Source of the DNA: Syncephalis fuscata S228
Lineage: Eukaryota; Fungi; Zoopagomycota
Reading direction: 5' to 3'
DNA: 64,000 nucleotides
Assembly: GCA_025786725.1 (NCBI GenBank)
Contig: JAHLTZ010000010.1
Span: 699,999 to 763,998, forward strand
Numbering within the stretch: position 1 is the first letter of the stretch; every line of letters begins with the position of its first letter. A model generated the notes under the pieces. That model searched no databases and had not been told where the DNA came from. It was given only the letters and a program-made list of their open reading frames with translations. The position numbers were made by a program, and so were the translations under genes. This document shows, in pieces, positions 53,054-64,000 of this stretch.

Positions 53054-53554
53054 TTAGCATTTTGGGATGTTGACTGGCCTGTTTGAATTTAAGCCAAAGT
53101 TTTGCGTCCAGTACGCCTTACCATCTTGGCTCCTGGCCATACTACTGCCAAAGTGAGTAACTTTTCCAATTATATTGTTACGATGGCCCACCGATTGGGC
53201 CCATTGCTTCACAGCCTCTTCTTCAGCATTGTATCCAACGGCAATGTTCTGCGCACCTTGTTCCCAGGCTCCACTTTCAAAGATACGCTTCGCTGGAGTA
53301 CTTGGACCATTTAAAAAATGTTCTAATTTACCATTTTTTGCTTGGGCAATACTGTGCTCCTAAGCAGACTGATTCAGACTTTCATCCATTCCTAGTGGCA
53401 CTAAGTTGTTCTTAGAACGGAATTCATTAACTAAACATAACATTTTGACTGGATTGTATCCTGTAGGAACCTGGGCATCAACGGGGACGGCATCTGAATT
53501 ATTGATTCCAGAAACCAAAAGTATGGCGGCGGCGGCGATAATAGAAAGCTTCAT
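53054..53554 (-). pseudogene. Second secreted CAP-domain gene with a single in-frame TAG
   Basis: MKLSII.. 'MLCLVNEFR..LNQSA*EHS..GAQNIAVG..WAQSVGHRNNI..YWTQNFG..IPKC*'. TAG at 53360-53362 aligns to Q in the paralog's AAQIHS. Confidence 0.85.
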
Positions 53555-55002
53555 GGTGCTTGTGTATAGATTGAGCACAAAGACTTATGTTGATTTAAAA
53601 CTGGATATATTGGATAACTTGTCAGACTAGCTGTAACAAGTGCGCCCGTGTTGTGGTGGTGTATATGTGTATGTGTAAGAGAAATTGTTGTAAGGATATA
53701 GAACTACAAAAGACGTAAGCTACTGTAGTTTTATATAGTGTTTTTAATAGAACATTGCTACAGCAGCAAATCAACAACTAGAAACAAACAATAAGCTAAT
53801 TCAATCGCATGGTAAGCAATTTACTTGTTAATAATTAAGCTCAAATATCTATGTTTCGCGTAAAAAAACACCACATTTATGCTGAAACAATCCCAATAAT
53901 GGCGGCTGTCCTTAATGATTACAACGCATTTAAAGGCTATAGCTTTATTGTAATATGAAAAAGAATGGGACTATAAAAACAAGCAATCGTATTGTTTAGC
54001 AAAAATGAGGAGTCAGTCTCTTTGTCTTATTAATTTATATATGATTCGAATATCATGTTTCATTATGTCTACCAGCAATTTATAAATAAATTTATTTGAA
54101 ATAAATAAATAATTTATTATTTGTGTAATAGTATGTAAATAGTTAATAATATTGTTGCGCTTCTAGTTTTAGATATCACAACTTAGATGACCAAGCAACA
54201 CCTTATCCTGGCGCTATCCTATAGCGTTAATTTCTGATGCTTATTAACGCTTACCTTAACGCTCAGAATACAATGTGTTGTTTGGTTGTATTGCTTTTAT
54301 AATAAAATTATTCCTTATTGGTCATTAATTACCACAGTTTAACTATAATAAACTGAATAACTTGTATGACACTAAGTAGAAATAATGTTGGACTAGAAAC
54401 TTGATTATTTCTTTATTGATATTGAACAAAGCTATCATTATATAGTAAACATAGCTAATAATAGAACTGGAATGCCTTGTAGTATTTCATCATTAGCGCA
54501 GCATATTAGTTCAGGTGACTGCTCATATGCTCACAACTAACAAGTAGCTACTCGTCATATTGTCGTAATAGGCATTTGTTACTAGTAATCGGTACTAATA
54601 TCCAATAAATATATTATTCTTGTGATCAATCACATGCGACTTTAACTGGTGATTCAATCGCATGGTATATCTCTTGGTCACACTTTCACAAGACCCTGTC
54701 CGGAATTATAGAACAGTAACAATATTAATAATACATATATTTAATGCCGCTGTTGTTATAATCGCTAATAAATGTACAATACGGCGTTAATTGATTTAAA
54801 CTATATTAATTATAAAATAAAAACTAAGGTTTTTAAGTAGTTTTAGTTTCTTAGTTCATTAAAATTAAGCCCTTAACTGCTAGATATATTAAATGCCATT
54901 ACTATTAATATTATTAAACGTACACCTTAGTTAATTGTAAAATAACTAAGCCAATACCATAGAATAGCCAGTTAATTATAATTTTAACACATTGAATACT
55001 AA

Positions 55003-55959
55003 ATATTCCGTATACATCCATTGACAGCTGAAGATATTATGACAGAGGATCCACGCGAGAAATGCGAGCTATTTTGCAGCTACTATTTTATTTGCTTCCG
55101 TTTATTTGACGCTAATCCACATAGCGCTACTTATTTGGAACCAGTATCAGTGTTTACAGTAGTAATGCGTGAAGGTATTATTTTAATCTATCAGCAACCA
55201 ACACCACATACACGCAATGTATTGCGCCGTATTCGACAACTAACTGATTATGTTACCATATCGCCCGATGGATCAATTATGCACTTATCGACGATATAAC
55301 TGATGGATTTGCACCACTTATTGGCAATCTGCACTAGAAGTGGATAGTATTGATGAACTAGTACTGATTCTAAAGGAATCAGAGCAAAGTGATATGTTGC
55401 GTCGAATTGGATATGCTCGAAAGAAGGTAATGACATCAATGCGACTTTTTGGTAGTAAAGCCAATGTGATGCGTGGATTAATTAAACGATGCAATGATTG
55501 GGCTGGTGATGAAATTGAATTATATCTCGGTGATATTCAAGATATTATATGTATATTTGATATATGAATATAATAGTAACACTATGACATAGATCGTTTA
55601 ATTACAATGTTACAGAATGCGGCACATTACGAAAAGATTATTGCTTGTGTACATGGCAATTATTTGGCACAGATTGGTATTGAGTTGACACAGTCGTTCA
55701 ATGCTACCAACGATATTATGTCAAAACTGACAGTTCTTGCTACTATTATAGTGCCAATGAACGTTGTTACTGGTAAGTGTAGAATGCATATGTAGTAGCT
55801 ATTAGTTTAACCAATTTGTTTACAGGTTTATGGGGAATGAATGTGCAAGTATCTGGTCAAGATGCTGAGGGGCTTGCATGGTCCTTTGGAATCATCGGTG
55901 GCATGGTAATATTAGGTATTATCTTATACGTGTATATGCGACGCAATAAAGTTCTTTAA
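55003..55959 (+). pseudogene. CorA-family Mg2+ transporter (ALR1/MNR2-like), C-terminal part only
   Basis: 'FRIHPLTAEDI..EKCELF..YYF', 'NYALIDDITDGF', 'DMLRRIG', 'LYLGDIQD', 'NYLAQ', 'PMNVVT|GLWGMNV'. Frameshifts present; no N-terminal region found upstream. Confidence 0.75.
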
Positions 55960-57237
55960 TTATACTATAGGCCAAAATATCGAATATTAATTAATTTTAT
56001 TTTATCAAACTGATATAGCCATTTAAATATTGATTTGTTTTAGTAAAGATATTAAAGCATAGCAATATATTGTATCATGAATACCGTGCCACTGTTTATT
56101 CTCATTGTGCTACTGTAGATACTTTGACTATATATTAGTAAACATGGCTATTTTACAAACAACTTGTCATTTAGCATAATTGTAAATAAATACCGGCTTG
56201 CTTTGTTCATCCGCTCATTAGTCTATATGTACTATAGTTTAGTATAACTAATTGCTACTTGAGTTTGTATATTCTTTATACCTTTTATTGTTTTATTGTA
56301 TAATAAATACGCACTATCCAACAATATTGTTTTCTTAGCTTTAGCATTATTATTAATACAATCCAGTTTATTTTGTCTATGTATTACTTGTGCGAATATC
56401 CTTTATAACTTTGACAATGGCAACTGGCATGCCTTATATTGTAAACTTGTCTTGACATATAACAGCATATCATGTGTTAATTTATACAAATACTTATCTA
56501 TTTGTTTATAGCTTCGCTCATTATAGCGTTTAACTTATTTTGTTGATTTGTTTATTGGTTGTCCATATTTACTGTGTAGATATTGTAACCGTTTGTTACT
56601 TGTAGTAATCAATGATTATTCTTAAGTAATTGACGATTACGCTAGATTATATAATAATAAACTAGATAGCACTAGTAATAAAACTAAAAAATAACACAAA
56701 CAATTATAATGTTTATTTAAATAATAAAAATATGTGCCCTTTTATACTGAAATGAGCCAAGTTTAAAAGATACTTGTAAAGGAAAAACTTGTTCGTTCCT
56801 TCCTTTTGGTATTGTATACGGTATTAGTTTATTTAAGTAAATTAGTACCCATGTAATATGCTAAATATTAAATAAATTGGCAGGGCCTTGTAAAGATTTT
56901 AAATTATTTACTAATATGTTAGTTAGAGTACTGGACCGGTGCTGAGCAAAAGCTACACAAATGTTGTTTGACTAAGTCACGTGACTATATGTCATATTAA
57001 TTGTGATTACCATATATGGAAATGAGGTATATAAAAAGCATGTGATTGAATTATTATATTTAGTGTTGTAACAAATTATTTACATTTTTTACATATATTC
57101 AGTTTATTGTATATTTTTACACGACAATAATTACCAACACTATGCCACTTTAAGCAACTTGTCTGTTTTGCTTGTTCTAACTCGCTTTTTTTAGCCAATC
57201 AGCTTCAATGCGCAGTGTGACTGCTATATCTATATTC

Positions 57238-57925
57238 GTTTTTGTACCACCTTCCTAATATGGAGTATTGCCGTGACTCGGTTTAACATTCAACTCCAGA
57301 GCCCGTAGTAATACAGCCACCCATTGGGCCATTTCCGGCTGACCTTGCCATTACTGTGGATACGCATTGTTTTGCTTGATCAACACCAAAGCCATTGCTA
57401 ATTGACAATTGCCGGCTTGTCTAGCAGACGGTTACAATAATTCGATTTGTTAATAATTAGCCTGGTGCAAAAATAAACATGATTTTGGATAGAGGAAAGA
57501 TGGGCGATTATAGAAAACATAAAAAGCGGTGTCAAAGCTACAGTGTGTATAGTGGAATGAGTGGAATGAGCAAAGTATATTGCCGCGTATAAACAATAAA
57601 ATGTGTCTAGTGTATCGTAGAATGATACATAGTAGTGTGGGACAGAATGGGAATGATATAGGTAAATGGTGGATATATGCATACTGGATAACGAATCTAT
57701 GATGACGAGTATTTGATGACTGATGTCACTCACCACCCATCATCATGTTCAATAGATTGGGCGTTATTAAATATTAGTCATTTGTCCCCCAAAAAAGCAA
57801 TAAGTGTGATGATGTGACGATTAAATAAACTCACCACTTGTCCCCATGTTCAATAGAGTGAATGTGCAGTGCAATTGCGCGAATGTTATTAAATTTAGTC
57901 ATTTGACCCCCAAATCACACTACAT
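57238..57925 (-). mobile_element. Right-arm copy of the inverted-repeat element family
   Basis: 57238-57780 is nearly identical to 59478-60020; 57500-57920 is the reverse complement of ~9490-9890. Confidence 0.7.
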
Positions 57926-57987
57926 GTAATAATGTAATGATTAAATAAACAATTATAAAATATATATATTGTTATATACCATTATAT

Positions 57988-58359
57988 GACGGTGGTAAGA
58001 CGGCGTACCGCTGCGTACCGCTCCGTACCGCGGCGTACCGCTCCATAAGACGGTGTAAGAAGGTATAAGACGGCGTAAGACGGCGTAAGGCGGTGTAAGG
58101 CGGTATAAGACGGTGTAAGACGGTGTAAGGCGGTATAAGACGGCGTACCGCTCCGTACCGCGGCGTACCGCTCCATAAGACGGTATAAGACGGGTAAGAC
58201 GGCGTAAGACGGTATAAGAAGGCGTAAGACGGTGTAAGACGGTATAAGACGGTATAAGACGGCGTACCGCTGCGTACCGCTCCATACCGCTCCATACCGC
58301 TCCGTACCGCTCCATAAGACGGTATAAGCCGGTGTAAGGCGGTGTAAGGCGGTATAAGA
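57988..58359. repeat. GC-rich 10-bp tandem array with orientation-switching units
   Basis: Runs of TAAGACGGTG/TAAGACGGCG/TAAGGCGGTA interleaved with TACCGCTCCG/TACCGCTCCA/TACCGCGGCG. Confidence 0.92.
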
Positions 58360-58363
58360 AAGT

Positions 58364-58470
58364 ATATATCACTATACACCACTATATACCACTATATATC
58401 ACTATATACCACTATATACCATTATATACCATATATACCATTATATACCATTATATACCATTATATATCA
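58364..58470. repeat. 10-bp tandem array (ACTATATACC / ATTATATACC)
   Basis: About 10 copies directly adjacent to the GC-rich array. Confidence 0.9.
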
Positions 58471-58504
58471 CATTATAGCTTTTTTTAACTAAAATCGTTT
58501 ATTG

Positions 58505-60030
58505 CTTAGTGTGATTTGGGGGTCAAATGACTTTTTTTTGTAACATTCGCGTAGTTGAACTACATTTTCGTTCTATTGAACATGGGGACAAGTGGTGAGT
58601 TTGATTTAATCGTCGCATTATTACATTTATTGTGATTTGGTGGTTAAATGACTATTTTTAATAACGCCCGATCTATTGAACATGATGATGGGCGGTGAGT
58701 GACATCAATTATCAAATGCTCATTATTGTAGCTTTATTATCCAGTATGCATATATCCACCATTTACTTGCATTATTCCATTCTGTTTATGCTGTACACTT
58801 TTATTTTATTAAATGTTGTTGTACATTGTTATACAGTATATTGGCCACACTCTATCGGTTGGCGTTGTCCATTCGACTCTAGCTTTATAGTTGAATTGGC
58901 CCTTCATTACGCTTTTTCTGCTAATGACCATATTACACAGTCACAGTTGGGCATATTGATAAAGTTAACAGTAAATTAACGAATATATATACTGCAAATC
59001 CGATTGGTTCTGCGTACTCGCATGACAATTCTGGCTATAATAAACCAATAAAATAAAATGTCTAAATATTTATTGTTTTTATTTAGAATTGTATACGCAT
59101 ATCATAGCAATATTGGTCAAATATTGGTGAAAATCGTTAAATATAAATATAAATTTGTTTATTTATCGCTATAATTTGTTTATTATGCTAGTTTGTCGAT
59201 TGGTGTATAGTATACTGGCTGCTGGCTGCCAATCTGGCTTATTCTAGTGCAGTCATTGCAGTCATTGCAGTGATTTCAGCTAATGACCACTCAGTATGGT
59301 CCTTGCAGGTCTTACTCGTATATCAGCTGGCGTATTTTGTTTGTTTTACGTCGCGTATGCATCGATTGCATTGCCCGGGTTGTTTCTGGCTATTGAGCTA
59401 TGTAGTGGTACGCTTTATTCGTTCTATTTCACTCATATTGGCCTCAATCTACACAGCACGCCACTACATCACTTCCGTTTTTTGTACCACCTTCCTAATA
59501 TGGAGTATTGCCGTGACTCGGTTTAACATTCAACTCCAGAGCCCGTAGTAATACAGCCACCCATTGGGCCATTTCCGGCTGACCTTGCCATTACTGTGGA
59601 TACGCATTGTTTTGCTTGATCAACACCAAAGCCATTGCTAATTGACAATTGCCGGCTTGTCTAGCAGACGGTTACAATAATTCGATTTGTTAATAATTAG
59701 CCTGGTGCAAAAATAAACATGATTTTGGATAGAGGAAAGATGGGCGATCATAGAAAACATAAAAAGCGGTGTCAAAGTTGCAGTGTGTATAGTGGAATGA
59801 GTGGAATGAGCAAAGTATATTGCCGCGTATAAACAATAAAATGTGTCTAGTGTATCGTAGAATGATACATAGTAGTGTGGGACAGAATGGGAATGATATA
59901 GGTAAATGGTGGATATATGCATATGGATAACGAATCTATGATGACGAGTATTTGATGACTGATGTCACTCACCACCCATCATCATGTTCAATAGATTGGG
60001 CGTTATTAAATGTTAGTCATTTGGCCATCA
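58505..60030. mobile_element. Apparently complete ~1.5-kb copy of the inverted-repeat element (left arm ~58505-58785, right arm ~59700-60030)
   Basis: Left arm matches 9368-9760 (+) and right arm matches it in reverse complement. No transposase motif was seen inside. Confidence 0.65.
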
Positions 60031-60279
60031 AGTAGTACTAAATTGTTATTTATTTGTTAATAAACAATATTATTTATAGTGGTATAACCTTTAATGTTAT
60101 AGAGCGCGGCAATAAACAATGTTTATTGCCGTACTTTTACATTACTATAACAGCATTGCGCTGTGATAATTGTAATCATCATGGTGCCGTTCATAGACAC
60201 AATGCAATTTAGCTTATAAACGGTATTATGTTTTATTGAGTTAAGCATTAAGCGCAACTATCACTACTGATATGTTAGT

Positions 60280-60380
60280 AGTTTAGTGCTATTTGGAATC
60301 AAATGGCTATTTTTAACAGTATTTGCATACTAAATACATATTTGTTTTATTGAACATGATGCTGATGGGTGGTAAGTTAT
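60280..60380 (+). repeat. Diverged solo ~120-bp subrepeat of the same family
   Basis: 'atttggaatcaaatggctattttt..tattgaacatgatgctgatgggtggt'. Confidence 0.55.
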
Positions 60381-63300
60381 ATTGGTCAGCAAATTTATTA
60401 TATAGTACATTTATTATTATTATTCTGCGCAAACGTGTCTATTGTAGATATCGCCATATTGTTAAATTTTTGCAATATTACAATATTAATATTTAAACTA
60501 TTTTATTTTTTAACTTTCTGAGTTTTATACAAACTCATTTGCTGCTAACTAGTTTAGCAATTAACAATCATAATTCTTGTCATACTTTATCCAGCTAATA
60601 GCAGCACTAGTAGCGGTAAAAATACTTGATTCAAAATAGCGTTATATAGTTTTAGCTTAATAGCTTTATGCTTGTTGTTTTTATAACAATTGTAATTATA
60701 ATAACAAAAATCAGCATACAAAAATGGATATATATATAATAAAGAAATAAGCAATTGGCAAATCATTTGATTATTTAAAGTAAATAATAGTTTAAAAGTA
60801 TTTATTTGTTTATAAAACTGACTGCTGGAATATCAAGTAAACTGTCTATTAAACCTGTATTATCAAGCATAACCTAGATGTTGAAATACTATTTATATTT
60901 GGTATTGTTAGAATAAGCTTGTGTTTATTGTAGCATTATATAGTTAATATTCACATCGTAATTATATTAGACAAAACGATATTTACAATTACATTAATGT
61001 TTATAGAAGCGTATTAAATCTATTGTTACACTGGCTATTTGACTTATTAAAATTTACAGCAAAGCAATCAGATAAGCTACAGCCATTGCTGGTATTTATA
61101 TAAGCAATAAATGTTTTTATTTAACATTATGGCCAATGCTATTGAAAGCATAATATAAACACACCAGTTTGCGCATTGCTATAAAGCAATAACACGAAAT
61201 ACAAGTTATACTAATCCTGTCTTTGCTTAATTAACAGATCAGCAGATTGTTATATTCAATACACACGCAAATTGATATATATATATATATCACTCTTGTT
61301 TATACATATAAATACTTATTTATTCATTAAAACCAATCAAACTTGTTTCAACATTATCACCATTAGATTTTGCATCTATGAAATCATTAAATTAATTATT
61401 TTATTATAGCGAGTGATAAAAATAGCCACCTAATCGGTAGTGGTAAAGGCAAAAAGTAGTTTGGCCAATGCCACTTTGGTACACCTTGGCTCTCCTTGAT
61501 TCGTATATTCCAATGGAATGTTCCATCAAAAACGTCATGGTTGTTGAACAACGCCTTTTCTTATTGATGCATGATCGTCTCCACATCACACAGTAAATTG
61601 GACGGTTTTGTGTTCAAGGGTCGTTGATAAAAACCAATGAAAGCTCCCCTTTGCTTTGCATCTAACAGATATGGACAAACGAGGCAATGCGACTCTCTAT
61701 CCACGTACTATCGTCATCACCATTTTTATCACTTCACACAACTCCGCCTCCCTATTAATTGAGTCGTATTAAGAACACGCTGTTTTTTTTTACTACATAC
61801 AGCTACATAAACATATACTTGCTTACACTTGCTATAAAGATGATAATAACAACAAAACAATACTTAGTTATTGATAATTAACTATTATGACCAAAAACTG
61901 ATAGCACACGAGTGTATTTGAAGGTAAAAAAAAAACAAGCTTTGATCTCAAAAAGATAAAGGCAACTCCTATAAAAATGTATGGTTCTACAGTACGTACC
62001 AATAAACCGAAGGGTGTCTATCTATTATCTATAAATGTGTCTGTGTCTTGTTGGTCTAGAAGGTAGTGGTACAATTCACTGGTCTGTCTGGTCCAATCCC
62101 CGCGCTGTGCACAGGCATAGGTCCCTATTTGGCCGATGATTGATTTCATCCACGCATTCATGCACAGTAAGTGTGTGTGTGTGTGTGCTGTTCATACACA
62201 ATCTTTTATGCGTAATGAATAGGCCGCCCCTTTTATTATGGCCATGTGCACCCCTCTCATCATTTACAACACAGCTGTTGTTGTTATTCCATACTAATTA
62301 ATCCATCCTTCCTGCACATATTTTACTTACCATAACATACTTGTTGTTTTTTAAACTATTTATTCAAGCTGTGTTCTATGTAAATGTGAGTAAAAATCTC
62401 CGAATGATATTACGCTGTGTCTGTGTTTATTCAATTATATGAAGATTGAGGGGGCGGGGAGACACCTTATCTGGTCGTTGTTGTTCATACGTCTACTCCA
62501 CTTAAAGCTTTGCTAGCCACAATTTCCTTTTCATTCACTATCGACTTAGTTGCTGTTTCTATTTCTTTCTCCTCTTTCCTCTTCTCCACTACCACCACCT
62601 CCTACTCCGTCCACCTCTTATCGCTCCCTTTTCCCCTCGTTGCTGTCTGTCTTCAGCACTATCTATCGGTAGGCATTGCGTGCTCTGTGCTTATATTATT
62701 CATAGCACTATTGCTTGTTCGTTTCATCTTCATCCTCGTTGACACAAGTGAACGACCACTTGGCGACTGTCGCCTTCTCTCGACTATTTCTTGTTTGAAA
62801 GAGAATCCGCGTATTGCCATACGTCTTAGAGAACTCTAACCATCATCATCTTGCTCCACCTATAACGTGTCCATCTTACACAGGCAAACTTATTTGCATA
62901 CGCGTAAACGCACATACTCTTTTGTTCTTCCGGTTTTTCGCTTTCCTCGCTAGTCCTTAAGCAAAAAGCTCTGTTGTTTTGTCGTACAACCCTCGCGTTA
63001 CCGTTTCATACTATTAGCCACTGTATCGTTTTTTCCTTTTATTTTCGCGCACGGTACATTGCTAGGACTGTCATCTAGTATAAGTGTACCTGTACTTGTG
63101 TGTGTACGTGTGTGTACGTTGTAAGCCATCGCACTAAGGCGACCGATATCGACTTGGTCTATCGTTTTTGGTAGACTATTTGCCGGTTTATAGGTTGGTT
63201 TATTTTGTCTTATTAATTTATTTATTATTAACTTTTAACCTTTAATACTAAATTAATTGATTACTTTAGTTGCTATTGCGGCTATTTCTACTTACAGCCA

Positions 63301-63828
63301 CCGCCACTACTATTACTACGTTTTCTCTTCTTCTTCCTTCTCCTCTTTGTCCATCCTTATTTCTGCGTGCCATATTATTGCTTTGCCACCAGTGTCGGAT
63401 TAATTGACATTTAAACTCCGACCATTTTGATTATATTTGGCAATTGCCATTTATTTGTCTAGTTATTTTGAGCTTTTTTATTTTCGTGTACTAACTGCAC
63501 ATTGCTACACATACGTGACGACAGACTTTAAATAGAACAATTGTTTGTGCATTATTACGAGTAAGTAGAAGTAACGTAGTTAATAACAGCGTTTTATTTC
63601 GCTTTATTAATATCTAACTAATGTGTCTACATTTTATTAATTAGGCCTGCGGTGTTTTGTGTACAAGTTCACTGCCGTCCTATTTACTCATACACTGGTT
63701 GACGACTATTCTTGTCCACTGCTACATAGTGATAATCTATTCGGTCACACGCCAGTTCCTTCGCTAGTGTTTATTTAACGTATCCATTATAGTAAACACT
63801 GTCATAATCATAATAACTATAGTAACTC

Positions 63829-64000
63829 ATGGCATCCACTTCGGTAAAGTATGTAATTAATTAGTTATTTATTAAATACATATTAATTATTATTGTTTAT
63901 AATCTAATAGAGTAGCGTTGCGAATACGCCCGCTCACTACCAATGAGCAGATTGCCGATTGTCGTGAATGCATTGCTTGTTTGCCCAATTCTACACAAAT
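63829..64000 (+). CDS. Kinesin motor domain N-terminus (kinesin-4/KIF4/KIF21/KIF27-like), runs off the window
   Basis: MASTSVK|VALRIRPLTTNEQIADCRECIACLPNSTQI with intron 63849-63910. A long pyrimidine-rich leader lies upstream. Confidence 0.8.

Noticed and set aside
57953-58382. Three overlapping repetitive ORFs (YRLTPSY.., PPYTALHR..)
   Set aside because: Artefact of a 10-bp array lacking stop codons on the minus strand.
59280-59400. CxxC..C..H zinc-knuckle-like peptide on the minus strand inside the inverted-repeat element
   Set aside because: Interrupted by stops, with no transposase motifs nearby; insufficient support.

Overview
AT-rich, intron-dense eukaryotic nuclear DNA from an early-diverging fungus. 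Gene content and intron style suggest Zoopagomycota, possibly Syncephalis-like; this is inference. Compact housekeeping blocks carry SCY1/CEX1-like, ERG6/SMT1, TBC Rab-GAP, NAP1, BRE1, TOM6-like, SHE9, nucleolar FKBP, ARPC4, RPL39, MRPL45/MBA1, MRPL32, MMTAG2-like, CTDSPL2-like, PRP16, MYSM1-like, SEC61 and the 5' end of a kinesin. They alternate with AT-rich accessory islands holding secreted proteins, pseudogenes and repeats. Main observations not visible in the ORF track: (1) a decayed, intron-containing Fanzor (eukaryotic TnpB-like RuvC) gene at ~34.1-35.0 kb on the minus strand, followed by a hairpin cluster where an omegaRNA would lie; (2) a U12-type (minor spliceosome) intron in PRP16; (3) a family of long inverted-repeat elements, two arms of which bracket an orientation-switching 10-bp repeat array; (4) several GC-AG introns. 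Single-base homopolymer deletions in conserved genes point to assembly errors, so pseudogene calls resting only on frameshifts are treated cautiously. Spliced gene coordinates were derived by hand.
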